The notes below the pieces were generated by a model. The model made no database searches and was not told the origin of the DNA. It was given only the letters and a program-made list of their open reading frames with translations. Source: Podarcis liolepis (Eukaryota). Taken from it: a stretch of 64,000 bases of DNA. The stretch lies in the NCBI GenBank assembly GCA_965112155.1, contig OZ218110.1, one strand, 5' to 3'. Positions 11,983 through 25,022 of the stretch are shown one piece after another. Each line of letters opens with the position of its first letter. Within the stretch, counting starts at the first letter, position 1. Both the position numbers and the translations under genes were made by a program.

Positions 11983-13842
11983 AGGGTTGGCGCCATCGCC
12001 GAATGGCGGACTCCCTCCGAGCTCCAGAGGGAGTCTGCTCGGCAGGGGTTGGGTCCCGTCGCGCCGGCGACGCGGGGACCCTCAAAAACCATGGGCGCGG
12101 ATGCCCATGGACCTGGTGACTCGTCGGGCACCGTTAGCGACCCCCCGACCCGCGAAGGAGCCTTTTTAAAGGCTACGGAGCGGGGGGGGCGTGGTGCTGT
12201 GAGTCTTCTGCTTCCCCTGCCGAGTGAAGCCGCATGCCATTCGACGGAGAGCGCTGACTTCTTCTTTTGAAAATTTAGACTAAAAATAACAACCCGTGAG
12301 TAATTTGGAAATCGGACCTAAAAGGAAAAAAAAAATTGGATTCGGTACGAGTGGGGGTGGTGCAAAAAGGAAGTCCGTCTCCCCCCTATTGTAGACAATT
12401 TAAAGCAAGGATTTGACAACTAAGGTCAGAAGAGTCTTTTTTTTTATTGATAAAAGTTATTAATTTCACGATGGGAAATTACAAGTAACTGTGCTGGAGG
12501 AGAAGAGTGGATTGTGAGAGTTAAAGTGCAACCCCCCCCGGGAACCGGGAGTGATCCGTGAGAGAGCCTGTGAAGAGATATAGAGATTTTGACAGCTGTC
12601 AAAGTAGCTGTCAAAGTTGGAGAATAAAAAGAGAACTTTGCTATGAGGACTTTGCTGGTTAGATTTGTTACAATTTGGATATAAATTGTTGAAAACCAGG
12701 AATAACAAGTTAGCTTGACTTTTGGGTTTGATCTGGAAGGAAACTAAGTTACCATAATCCCCCTAGAGGGGTTTTGGGACATTACAAGAATGGCTGTAAG
12801 TGGAAAAATACTCATGGAATTGAACAGGACTTTTTATCTCCTGGGAAAGCTGCAAAAGCGAAACATTATTTTGTCTACAGAGGTTTCTACACTAAAGGAG
12901 ACAATAGATATATCTACTGAAGAATGGAAGGGACTTGACGCAAGTTTTTGTTCCTGAACAAATAATAGCCTCTGTAGAGGAACCAGAAGTTTTTGAATTA
13001 GAATGTTTTTGCAGCGGAACAGGAAAAGAAACCTGAGAAAAGTGAGGAATGAGAACAAGGGATTTATGATGATTTGGAAGAGAATGAAGGAGGAGCCATA
13101 TTATTGTAAAAGATCAAGGAAGGCCAAAGGGCTGTCAGGGAGGACACAAAGGAAAACAAGAATTGGACTAAGCTGGAAGTTAGAGCATTTGGGACATTCA
13201 GACTTAAAAGGATTAAGAAACAGAATTTGAGTTTTACTCTTAAATATAGAGGTCTGGATGGAAGAAAAATGGACTTTCTTGAGATGGAGCTTCTCTAAGA
13301 TTGGGCGTTTGAAGCTAAAGATTACCAAGAAAACCGGCAAAGTGGAGCTGAGAGAGATTTGGACATGGACGTGAGGTCTCCAGGCTGATAGCAGATAGAC
13401 TGATGGATATTGGGGATCGAAACCGGGAAAGGGGGGAGGGAGATTTGGAATCCAAAGGGTGTAAAATTATATTTTGAATCTTTTTTTTAATTTTTTTTAT
13501 TTCGTTTTGCTGTGTGTATTAAAAAGGGGAATTCGTGGAAGGGAATTGGGGTTGACCTTGGGGGGGGGAATTATTGTTGAAAGAGGGTGGCACTTAAAGG
13601 GAAAAGTGGTTATATAAGATGAAATTAAATTGAATATTGGGTTAAATATAATAAGTTTTAAATTTGGGGTAAGAACTTGTGGAACTAATCTAATGGAAGT
13701 GGAATACAAGAGGGAGAGGGGTGAGGAAGTCCTGGAAAGATGTTGATGAAAGCAAGATTTAAAATGAAAGTGCTTTTTTCTTTTCTTTTCTTTTTTGTGT
13801 TTTGGATTTTTTGGAAATTTTAATAAATATGATTTAAAAAAA
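11983..13842 (+). mobile_element. Putative non-autonomous L1-derived element (CpG-rich 5' end, decayed ORF1-like middle, AATAAA plus A tail)
   Basis: CpG-island-like start, purine-rich interrupted frames, AATAAATATGATTTAAAAAAA end. Not seen next to the paralogous flank at ~55700 (a gap lies close by). Internally deleted copy at 36118-36485. Confidence 0.55.
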
Positions 13843-14442
13843 TTACAATGTTTGTGTGTTTCGATAGGCAGCTCTCTGCATAAATAAAAGCCCTTGTTAC
13901 ACATGCATATCTGAATTGTTATATATGTTTGCTTTGCTGGAAGACCCTAAGGAGAAGCAGAGACTTGTGTGGAGAGATGGTGTCCCGACTCCATCCTTTC
14001 TCCCAATGAAGATATTTCCACACGCAGAGGCCATGTAAAATGCTTTACGGCAACTAAATAAAGTATATGCACTACATAAAGAAAACATCATATGGCCTCA
14101 CCATAGGCAAGTGCACACACGTGAGCCTTAAAAAGACCCTAACTTCCAAAAATGCATGAACAGAGAGCATCATGTGTGTTATATAATTCATGTAAAAGAG
14201 GGATAGAAGCAGGAATTAAACCACAAGATGCTGCTTGAACCCATGTTAAATCCTGACCGTCTTTGGGTCACATAGACTTAAATAAGAAATATATTTAGGA
14301 GGGCTGACACACTAAAGGGGACAAACAAAAAATCTTTTGAACTACATGTTTCTTCAGTCTCTTGCAGCCGAACCATCTCAGAAAGCATCTGTGTGCAAAG
14401 GAGAGTTTTTGCTTGGCTTCAGATTTACTTCCTCTCACTGTG

Positions 14443-14883
14443 TCTCTTGCACAGTAATACACAGCTGTGTCCTCAGGTTTCAGATTGTTCATTTGCAGAT
14501 AGAGGAGGCTGTTGGAATTGTCCCTGGAGGCAGTGAATCTTCCCTTTACTTTATCCGAGTAGTAAATGTAATTCGATTGAGGATATATGTAGGCCACCCA
14601 TTCCAGGCCTTTTCCAGGAGCCTGTCTCACCCAGTGCATGTGAGCAACCCAAAAGTTGAACCCGGAGGCTTGGCAGGAGAGGCGGAGGGACTCCCCAGGC
14701 CATTTCACATCTCCCCCAGACTCAACCAGCTGGACCTCCGATTGGACACCTAGAAAGAAAGGCATATTGAGAGACCAGATCCATGTCATTAACACCCAGA
14801 ATGTACCAGCTTTCTTCAACTGGAAGAATGAATTTACCTCCCCAACCTGCTGAAAAGAAAACAAGTTGAAGGAAAACTATCAT
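14443..14883 (-). CDS. IGHV: IGHV segment VH4 (family 1), open; CDR1 [11 protein letters not shown]2 IYPQSNYI
   Basis: Leader 14838-14883, V exon 14443-14749. RSS heptamer 14436-14442, nonamer GCAAAAACT 14404-14412. ATGTAAAT 14987-14994. Confidence 0.95.
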
Positions 14884-15071
14884 TTTCCTGGTCTGATTCT
14901 TTGAGAGAGTTAAGCAAGAAGCGGTCCCACCTATGCATGGGAAGGGAGGTTCTCTGACTGCTTTAAAGTGGAAGCTCTGTCTGAAGATTTACATATCCAT
15001 CAGTATAAAAGCACCAACAGAGACTCTGGGCAGTGAGGGACTAGAGTCATGTCTGCACTTCGTCAGAAATC

Positions 15072-15530
15072 TTTTGCTGGGTTTGATGGGGAAGAAGATT
15101 AAGAAATCGGACCAAAGACTATTCATGTACACCACAGCAGTGGCAAGGAATATGCTGGCCCAATATTGGCAATTACAAGAAATTCCTACCATTGCGGAGT
15201 GGCAGACGAAAATGATGAATTACGCCAAGTTAGCCAAGCTGACTGGCAGGATTCGGGATCGGGATGATCAGAGATTCCAGGATAGTTGGAGTAAAATTGT
15301 TGTGCACTTTAAGGATAACTGTAAAAATTTAAAGACACTGGCAGGACTGAAGGAACTCCTACAATGAATAAGATAGATATAAGGTCAAAAAACTATAATA
15401 CGTGACTGGGGAGAACAAGGGATACCTGCTGAAGGTAAGGAGGGAAGTCGCAAGCTCGGCAGAGCTAAAAGTGTATATGTGGGCTAAAGAAATGTAAAAT
15501 GAATTTGAAAAGAAAATAATAAAAAATTAT
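15072..15530 (+). mobile_element. 5'-truncated L1-type LINE (ORF2 C-terminus, 3' UTR, A-rich tail)
   Basis: Frame LLGLMGKKIK...RLFMYTTAVARNMLAQYW...EWQTKM...AKLT...FQDSW resembles vertebrate L1 ORF2 C-termini. Absent from paralogues at 7572 and 57552. Confidence 0.75.
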
Positions 15531-16639
15531 TGATGAAGAAATGAAATGTCCATGGAATGCGCTCTATTAAAGGCTTTAAATAAAAATATACAGGAATAGC
15601 ATATGTATAAGAATCCTGTCTTAATGTAGAATAGTAGAGCACATGACATAACATTCTCATAGCTCCTTGTTCTTGTTCTTCTCACAGCATGGGGAATCCT
15701 GTCTCTGTAAGATGTGAATGAGAAATACAAAAGCTTTGTTTACATTGGGCGGAGTGTTATATGGGTGCATATGCATATTCAGAAACATTCCCTGTTTGCA
15801 TGTCAAGGCATCCTCCCTACACTTTGGTCCTCCCCTATACCAAAATTAAGATACACAACAACGAATACTTGGGTGAAATCAGGCCACAACTTTATTGACA
15901 ACAAAAGTTTGGCATAGGTATTTTGTACACCCCACCCCTTCCTGCTAAAAGAACTTGTGTTTTGGGGACAACAAGAAATGAGGGAGTCCCAGACCTACAC
16001 CAGGGGGTATCTCCCCCACTGGATTGCCCCTGGGGAGTGTTGTGGCCCCTCACCCCTGCCTGGACATCCGGACAGAAGCATCTCCCCATGATCCCTTTAA
16101 CAGGATACTCCGCTTCGAAGGCAGGGGCTACAACTGCCCCTCAAAGCAAGACTATACCTATCCAATGCCCAAACTGTCAAAGTTGTGACAATTACAATCA
16201 GGAGGGCAAAAATCAGAGGGCTAAGTGAGAAAATTTCAACCTGGCCTCAAATTCGGTGGAGCAGAGCAACATGCAATAGGAATATGCAAAGTGGATGGGT
16301 GGAGATCTAATGAAAAGTGGCTGCAGAACAAGCCACAGGCCTGTATTATATACTGGAGGAACGAGCTTTAACTTGGTTGCCCATGTTTGCTCCCGATTCA
16401 CTGATTAGGCAAGTGGACAGGGCAAATTACTCAAGCAACAAGTTTGGCCAGAGCCTTCCTCTACTGCCTGGGAATCCCAAGTCAGATCCTGGCAGACAGG
16501 GGAATGCCAGCCCACAATAGCGCCTACCCAAGAGGGCGAACACACTTCTGACGATATCCTCTCTCCCCAATGGAAATTTGGTTTCAAATAAGCTCTTTAG
16601 TGTAGCCAATAGAACAAGTTGTGGTGTGTAGCTGGTTGT

Positions 16640-16640
<1 letters not shown>

Positions 16641-16678
<38 letters not shown>
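16641..16678. repeat. (TG)n microsatellite; paralogue ~40435-40472
   Basis: Direct reading. Confidence 0.95.
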
Positions 16679-16681
<3 letters not shown>

Positions 16682-17398
16682 GCCCATTATAGAATGTTTG
16701 ATGGCCCTTAGTGTAAATGAAAAAGAGAACTGGGTCACATTTTAAAAATAAATATTTGTAGATCTGATCCGGAACCTGAGATCATAATTTGAGGCTGGTT
16801 TTTTCATGTTCCTCCTCCTTCATGATGTCTGGAGGGTGGCAAAATGAGAAGGAGCCTTTTCTGAAATGGATCCCTGTTTGTGGAATGCTCTCCCGAGTGA
16901 GGATTGCCTGGAACCATCATTATACATCTGTAGGCACCAGGCAAAACCTTTCCTCTATAACCAGGCCTTTGGCCTTTAACTATCCGTGGTCTCTTAGAAA
17001 TGGATGAGGTGTTTTTAATGTATTTCTCTTTACTCTTGGTTATATTGTATCTATGTGGGGTTTGTTGTCTCTTGGATTATAAGTCGCATTGGATTGCCAT
17101 GGGTAAGAAAAAGCAACTGAGAAATTCATAATAGTAGCACTAATAAATCATTATAGTTTCCCTAGGAAAATTCCCAGGTGTACAGCTGCATGACTAGCTA
17201 GCTGTCTGTGTGTGAATGGGGACCTGGAAAAAGAAAGTGGCAGACTATGGGACAAAATTATCTTAACAGGTTTCTTTGATCACTGGCAGCTGATATAATA
17301 TCCCTATTTTCATGTGGAATCTTGCAGAGAATGCAACTCCTCTGTTTTGATTAAAGGAGGGTTTTTGTCTGGCTTCATATTCACTTCCTCTCACTGTG

Positions 17399-17839
17399 TA
17401 TCTTGCACAGTAATACACAGCAGTGTCCTCGGGTTTAAGGCTGTTCATTTGCAGATAGAGGAGGCCGTTGGAATTGTCCCTGGAGATGGTGAATCTTCCC
17501 TTCACTTTATCCAAGTAGTACATTGCACCTGAATTGTGGCTTATGTAGGCCACCCATTCCAGGCCCTTCCCTGGAACCTGCCTCACCCAGTTCATGCCAT
17601 AGCCCCCAAAGTTAAACCCAGAGGCTCGACAGGAGAGGCGGAGGAACTCCCCGGGCCTTTTCACATCTCCTCCAGACTCCACCAGCTGGACCTCTGATTG
17701 GACACCTAGAAAGAAAGGCATTTTAAGAAGTCTGCTGCATGTTAACAACACCCAGAATGTACCAACCTTTGATAACTGGTATGAGAAATTTACCTCCTAA
17801 AGCTACTGAAAAGAAAACAAGCTGAAGCAAAGCTATCAT
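17399..17839 (-). CDS. IGHV: IGHV segment VH5 (family 1), open; CDR1 [11 protein letters not shown]2 ISHNSGAM
   Basis: Leader 17794-17839, V exon 17399-17705. Consensus RSS (heptamer 17392-17398, nonamer 17360-17368). ATGTAAAT 17943-17950. Confidence 0.96.
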
Positions 17840-18082
17840 TTTTGCCTGCCTGATGCTTTGAGAGATTTGACCAAAATGTGGCCCCTAGTATGCAGGGATA
17901 GGGAGAGTGTTTGACTGCTTTAAAGAGGAAGCTCTCTCTGAAATTTACATAACCAGGAGGATAAAAGTACCAACAAAGACATCTGACAATGTCTGACTGG
18001 AAGCAAATGGTGACCTGGCAAAAATATACTGCACAATTTGCATAGCTCTTAACCTTGATGGGCTTATGTATCCTCCTCATGC

Positions 18083-18983
18083 AGTGGCGTAGCGTGGGGG
18101 TTGCAGGGGGGGCCGGCCGCACCGGGCGCAACATCTGGGGGTTAGGGTTAGGGGGCGCAAATCCACGGGTTAGGGGGGTGCAAATCCATGGGCTAGGGGG
18201 CGCAACTCTGGTGAGACTTGGCAAATTAATATGAATATAAAGCCACTCCCGACATAAGGGGGGGGTGGCGGGCTCACGCCCACCATCATCTGGGGAATCC
18301 TCAGGCCGCGTCATCCCCTGGGCCAGCAAATCGGCAGGCTGCAGGGGTGGGGCTAGGGTCACTTAAGGACGGCGCGGCCCGAGATCGCCCCTTTTCCTTC
18401 CCTGTTCCAGCTGCGGTTTCCCACCCACCCACCCTCTAGGTCTTCCCTCGGACTTTGCTATGGAACTCGGTTGGTCGCCGCAAAGGGCCTGGTAGGAGTT
18501 TTTCCACTCGGCAAATTGGCATTGATTTAAAGCCATTTGGTTTTTTCGCCTACCGCGTAGCCAAACATCACAACACATTCAGTTTTGGCGGTTAGGCATT
18601 GGTAGGGGTATTATTATGCAGATGAGTAGGGGGGGAGGAGCGCCATCACCTTCTCCAAATATTGAAGGGTAGTCTGATAAAGGATTCCGGGGGGGCGTTG
18701 CCTCGTCTGAAACCTATGGAGGCTAGGGCCCAAAGCACGCTCCCGAGCGATGACCCCTCGGGGAGCGCCTAGGGATGTGCATCTCAGGGGCTCCCCCTGT
18801 TGGTGTTAACCCTTTCTGGTTCTATGCCGGATAGTCTGATAGGACCAACGCCTAAAGCCAATACTGCTCTTACCTGTAACCAATAAAGTTGTGGCCATTT
18901 TTCGCCCATTAACCTAAAATTCTACTGTCCTGTGTCTTTATTTACTCCAACTGGAGGGGGGGGGTTGTGTGACTTGGCAAATA
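18083..18983 (+). mobile_element. Composite insertion: hAT-like left end with TTAGGG-like subrepeats, plus an LTR/DIRS(Ngaro)-like element; paralogue ~41875-42779
   Basis: Starts CAGTGGCGTAGC. GC-rich body bounded by a GACTTGGCAAAT direct repeat (~18215 and ~18971), with AATAAAGTTGTGGCC near the 3' end. Confidence 0.5.
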
Positions 18984-19619
18984 CAAATACCTACATGAAT
19001 CAGGAAATTTACTTGCATCAGTCAAGCGTTATCAAGCGTTGGCAAGCAGTCCTTTTTTATTCTTGACAGAAACAAGCAAAACAGAGGCATCAGTAGAGGA
19101 GATCTGACTATTGTCTGACTGGACCGCACCTCCTTCCATTGGCATTTTCTGTTCTTGACAGCATCACTTCCCTCTTGTGGGGAACAGGAAGAGGTGGGAT
19201 ATAATTCCAGGAGTCTTGGTTTCTGACAAGATGCTTAATTTGCAAAATGACATTTGGCATAGATTTGTGGGTATACTGTCTAGTGACATGGGGAAGAGCA
19301 AAGCAGCACCGAACATGTAGTTGCACCTAATACAATTTCAAGTATTAGAGATTGATTTTTAAAATTATTATTCTTTCAGTTAATTCTTCTCTTAACATAC
19401 CACAGAATACACCATTGCTGAACAGAACTGCCAAACCATAGGTTTTCCATATCTGATTATTTTCCTCACCACAATGGAGAGGTAGGTGTTGGGGAATAAG
19501 TGTTATGTATGCACATAAACACAATTCTCATGGAATTTATAATATTTATTTCCAGCATTTTATTCTAGCTTTTCCCTCGATTTCAAGGTGCTATACATTA
19601 TATCGTCCTCCTCATATAT

Positions 19620-19740
19620 TTCTCATTATACACCAGTAAGGTAGGTCAGACTGAGAGGCTGTGACTGACCCAAGGTCATCTAGTGAGCTTCATGCACAAG
19701 TAGGTATTTGAACCCGGGTTTCCCATGTCCTATGTGCTGC
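19620..19740 (-). mobile_element. Old tRNA/CORE-type SINE remnant; copies near 22250, 43430, 52250 and 61720
   Basis: GTGACTGACCCAAGGTCA...TTTGAACCCGGG resembles the young SINE at 26190-26432. Confidence 0.55.
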
Positions 19741-20203
19741 AGAGGTTTCAGCCCATGCCAAGAGGTGATGGGATGATGAAGAAATACACAATGGCCAATT
19801 CACAATATTGTAAAAAGTCTACATTTCTTCTTGAGGTCCATCGCAAGCAGCCTTAAGCATAACTCAGAGGTAAGAGCAGACAAAACACAAATAATCATCT
19901 ATTTTTAAAACTGGATATTGAATTTAGGTGGTAGGAAAAAAAATGCTGCAGCAAAGTCATTTGGTACAGTGTTGTACGGATCCACATTGGTCTACTTCCA
20001 TTGTGTGTCACTTTTGCAGGTTTCCATCAGTATAATCGTTTCTGCATTATATTACAGATTGAAGAGGCAGGCAGTTTGGATGTTGTTCCGCATCATCTGT
20101 GGAATGTAGAATTGCTCTGTCACAGTTTTCACAGTGTATTTTTTTTTATAGAAGCAGGACTTCTACTTTTTGAACAGGGCCCAATAGGCTTTGTCTCACT
20201 GTG

Positions 20204-20651
20204 TCTTTTCTGGCACAGAAATACACAGCGGAGTCTGCAGCTGTCAGGGAGTTCAGCTGGAGAGAGAATTCATTCTTTGAGGCATCTGAAGAAATGCTTG
20301 CTCGGCTCTTCAGAGAAGGGGCATGTGCTGTGTTTCCATTATAGGGGTATATCTCTGCAATCCATTCCAGACTTTTCCCAGGAGCTTGACGGATCCAATC
20401 CCATGCATAATACTGAGTAGAGATGGAGAAACCTGTGACTTTACAAAGCAGGTTGAGATTCTCTCCTGGTCTCGCTATTCCTGGCCCAGATGATACAAGC
20501 TGAATGTCTGAGGAGACCCCTTGGAAAGAGAAAAGAGGGTAATGATTGATTGGACATCATCCAATCACCACATAAATTAAATTAATATTGCAGAACTTCC
20601 CTTACCTTTAGAAAAAGCCAACAAAGAAAACAAGAGCAACAAGAGCTCCAT
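20204..20651 (-). CDS. IGHV: IGHV segment VH6 (family 2, clan II/VH4-like), open; not in the ORF track
   Basis: Manual translation: leader 20606-20651 [15 protein letters not shown]; V exon 20204-20519 [41 protein letters not shown]...IYPYNGNT...YFCARK. Heptamer 20197-20203, nonamer TCAAAAAGT 20165-20173. ATGTAAAT 20770-20777. Confidence 0.94.
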
Positions 20652-22826
20652 AATGTTGATGAATGAATGTTCTAGAGATACAGGAAAGAGGGGACTGTGG
20701 GCTGGGAAGCAAGTGAAGATTTTATATTCAGGGCATTTCATTCGAAACTACTCCCAACTTCCTGGTGGCATTTACATGAGACCTCCCCAGTGAGGCACAT
20801 GAGGCAGATAAAAGCAGTTTGGGGGATCAGGGTTTACTGCTGGTTCCTCTTTGTCCCCTGCACAAACACAAACACACAAAGACAAATGCACACAGAGTGG
20901 AATTCTAATGGAGAGGGGCATAGATGGAATGTAAAATTCAATCAAAGACATTCGTGTTGGAGCAAGGTTTGGAAGAGATAAATGCATTGGTGATGGATTC
21001 TTCCTTTATCCTTTAAAACTGCTGGTTGTGGTGCTAAGTTCAAGGGACGGTCATTTATTATTATGATTATCATCATCATCATAATTTCAGCCTCCCTTCA
21101 CCATGCACCTATAGAGATGCTGTTAGTGTGATGCAATTATAATTTCAAATGTAGCTTGTAAAAAAAAATGGCTGGGAGGGGGTTCTGCTTTGGCAACGTG
21201 GAGAAGAGGAATTTTTAGGTAAATAAAAGAAAATGTAAGCTATAGCTACCATCTTTATAGTCAAACCCCAGTGCACCCTTCTTCCACCCCTCGAATGCCC
21301 ACCACCCTCCCAAATGCAACACCATTATTTATTATCTCTGCTCCGGAAAAACATCAAGAGACTTTAAAAAAAAAAAGGCTTCCTCTGCAAGGAGGGAGAT
21401 ATTAAAAAGTTTCCTTTGCATAATATTTAGGAAAGTGCTCTAAATATTTGAAAGGAGGCCATTTGCTTTCATAGGCAAAGGAAAGAGATAAAGTTGAGCC
21501 AATTCCACCCACCCATCTCTCTTTTGCTTGGGGAGGGGTTTATTGACAAGACTGCTTAAGTACACAAGGGATGTGGCTAAGGATAGAGGGGAATCATGGA
21601 GGTTGTCTGGGTGAATTAAGAAAGAGTGCTCCTCACCAGCATCAAACTTTGGACAAGGGTGGGAAAGTCGCTTGTCATTCCATTCACTGCTGATGGCATT
21701 TTCTGTTCTTCACACCATGGCTGCCCCCTTGTGGGGAGAAGGAAGAGGTGGAATATTATTGCAGGAGTTTTGGTTTCTAACAGGATGCTTCATTTGCAAA
21801 ATGACGTTTGACATAGATTTGTGGGCGTATCTTCTAGTGATATTGGGAAGAGCAAAGCAGCACTGAACATGTAATTGCACCCAAAACACATTTCAAGTAT
21901 TAGATCTTGATATTTTACAGTTTTTATTCTTTCAGTTAATTCATGTGTTAAGATGCCACAGAACACACCATTGCTGAACAGATCTGCCAAACCATATGTT
22001 TTCCAAATTTAATTCTCCTCACCACAATGTGTAAGTGTGTGGACATTAGTAATCTGATCAGCTCCATCCACTTGGCTGTGGCAAGCAGGCATTAACATAA
22101 AGAACATTCCCATGGAATTTGTTCTATTTATTCATAGCATTTTATACCAGCTTTCCCCTCGAAGAATTCAAGGTGCTATACATTATATCCTCATCCTCAT
22201 ATCCTCACAACACTCTGATATCCCTCTCCTCACATATTCCCCTCAACACCCCAGTAGGGCAGGTCAGGCTGAGAGGCTGTGACTGACCCAAGATGATCCA
22301 CTGAGCTTCATGGACAAGTAAGGATTTGAACCCAGGTTTCCCAGGTTCTTTGTGCTGCAGAGGAGGTTTCAAGCCATGCCAAGGGATGATGGGATGATGA
22401 AGAAAGACACAATGGCCAAATCAGAATATTGCAAAAATCCCACATTTCTACTTAATGTCTATCGCCACCAGCCTTAAGCATAACTCAGAGGTATGAGCAG
22501 ACAAAACACAAATAATCATGCATTTGCAAAATTGGATGTTGAATTTAAGTGGTGGTGGTGGGGGGAGATGCTGCAGCAAAGTATTTTTGTACAGCGTTGT
22601 ACTGATCCACATTGGTCAACCTCCTTTGTGGATCACTTCTGCAGATTTCCATCAGTATAATCATTTCTGGATTAAGTTGCAGATTGAAGAGGCAGGCAGT
22701 TTGGATGTTGTTCCGCATCATCTGTGGAATGTAGAATTGCTCTGTCACAGTTTTCACAGTGTATTTGTTTATAGAAGCAGGACTTCTTCTTTTTGAACAG
22801 GGCCCAACAGGCTTTGTCTCACTGTG

Positions 22827-23274
22827 TCATCTCGGGCACAGAAATACACAGCGGAGTCTACAGCTGTCAGGGAGTTCAGCTGGATGGAGAACTCGTTCTT
22901 TGAGGCATCTGAAGAAATGCTTGCTCGGCTCTCCAGGGAAGGGGCATATGCTGTGTCTCCATCATAGGGGTATATCTGTGCAATCCATTCCAGACTTTTC
23001 CCAGGTGATTGACGGATCCAATGCCACCAATAGTACTCAGTAGAGATGGAGAAACCTGTGACTTTACAAAGCAGGTTGAGATTCTCTCCTGGTCTCACTA
23101 TTCCTGGCCCAGATGATACAAGCTGAATGTCTGAGGAGACCCCTTGGAAAGAGCAAAGAGAGCAATGAATGATTGGACGTCATCTAATTACTACATGAAG
23201 TAAATTAGCATTGCAGAACTTCCCTTACCTTTAGAAAACACCACCAAAGTAAACAAGAGCAACAAGAGCTCCAT
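22827..23274 (-). CDS. IGHV: IGHV segment VH7 (family 2), open; CDR1 [13 protein letters not shown]2 IYPYDGDT
   Basis: Leader 23229-23274, V exon 22827-23142. Heptamer 22820-22826, nonamer TCAAAAAGA 22788-22796. ATGTAAAT 23393-23400. Confidence 0.95.
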
Positions 23275-23677
23275 AATGTTGATGAATGAATGTGCTAGAG
23301 ATATAGGAAAGAGGGGACTCTGGGCTGGGAAGCAAGTGAAGATTTTATATTCAGGGCTTTTCATCTGAAACCACTCCCAATTTGCTGGTGTCATTTACAT
23401 GAGACCTCCCCAGTGAGGCACATGAGGCAGATAAAAGCAGTTTGGGGGGTCAGGGTTTGCTGCTGTCTTCCTCTTTGTCCCATGCACACACACACACAGA
23501 CAAATGCACACAGAGTGGAGTTCTAATGCAGGGGGCATAAATGGAATGTAAAATTAAATCGAAGACATTTGTGTTGGAGGAAGGTTTGGAAGAACATAAT
23601 ATACTGGGGATGATTTTTTCTTTCTTTTATGCTTTAAAACTGTTGGTTGTGGTAGATCTGTCAATAGACTGGCTTAT

Positions 23678-23691
23678 TGTTATTATTGTTG

Positions 23692-23737
<46 letters not shown>

Positions 23738-23745
23738 TACTATTT
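23678..23745. repeat. (TTA)n microsatellite; another at ~53612-53673
   Basis: Direct reading. Confidence 0.93.
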
Positions 23746-24979
23746 TCATCCTCCCTTCCTGATGCACTTATAGAGATGCTTCTGGTGTGACGCAACTATA
23801 ATTTCAAATCCAGCTTGTGAAAAAGTTGGGCTGGGATGGAGCTCTGCTGTGGCAACCTGGAGAAGATATATTTTAAGTAAATAAAAGAAAATGTAATGGG
23901 TTCCATCTTTATATTCACACCCCAGGGCACCCTTCATTCATCCCTAGAATGCCCACCACCCTCCCAAATGCTACACCTTTATTATTATTCTTGCCTCATG
24001 AAATCACATCAAGAGTCTTTTTTAAAAATGCTTCGTCTGCAAGGAGGGAGATATTTGAAAGTTTTCTTTCCCTAAATATTTAGAAAAGTGCTCTACATTT
24101 GAAAGGAGGCCATTTGCCTTCCTAGGCAAAGGAAAGATACAAAGTTGAGCCAATTCCACTCAGCCCTGTCCCTTTTGCTTGGTGAGGGGTTGACTGACAA
24201 GAAGTCGTAAGCACACAAAGGTTGTGGCTCAGTATTTAGCAGGAGCATGGAGGTTGTCTGGGTGAATTAAGAATGAGTCCTCCTCACAAGCATTTGCCTT
24301 TGGACAGGGGTGGGGAAACTCATTGAAATGTTTTGGGACTCCAACGCCTTTCATCCTAGGGGTAGCTATTTTGAAGTTCGAGAGATGATGATGATGATGG
24401 TGATGATGATGACTTTATTATAGTTATATAGCACTTTTTATCATATAACCTCAGGATGCTTCACAAGATTAAAATACAGCTTAAAATAAAAAATAAATAG
24501 TTAAAATATTAAGTACGTCAGCGTTCTTGACTGGTCACAGTGGCTGTGGAGGAGACTTTTGCCTCACTGTGAAATGGTCAAATGAAGTGGAAGAAAATTT
24601 AGATTAAGTATGAAGAAACACTGTAGATCACAGCTCAGCAAAGAAATGAAATGTTTGTGGAATACCCTCTCTTAAAGGCTTTAAATAAATAAAAAACAAC
24701 AACACAACAACACAAAAAGCACATGTACAAAAATCCCATCTTAATGTAGAGCACATGACACAACATTCTCATAGCTCCTTGTTCTTCCTCTTCTCAAAGC
24801 ACGGGGAATCCTGTCTTTGTAATAGGCAAATGAGAAATATAAAAGCTGTGTTTACATGGGGGTGTCACTAAACATGCTGGTCATGACTGCATATATATGC
24901 ATGTTCAGAAACATTTCCTATTTACGTGTAAAGGCATCCCCTTTGGTCTTATTTGAGCAGTAAAAGACACTAACTAACT

Positions 24980-25022
<43 letters not shown>

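Noticed and set aside
18136-18200. Interstitial telomere
   Set aside because: Only a few degenerate TTAGGG units, embedded in transposon subterminal repeats.
20130-20136. Plus-strand CACAGTG just beyond the nonamer of most family-2 genes (also 22755)
   Set aside because: No nonamer at 12 or 23 bp in that orientation; mutated in VH21; conservation explained by recent duplication.
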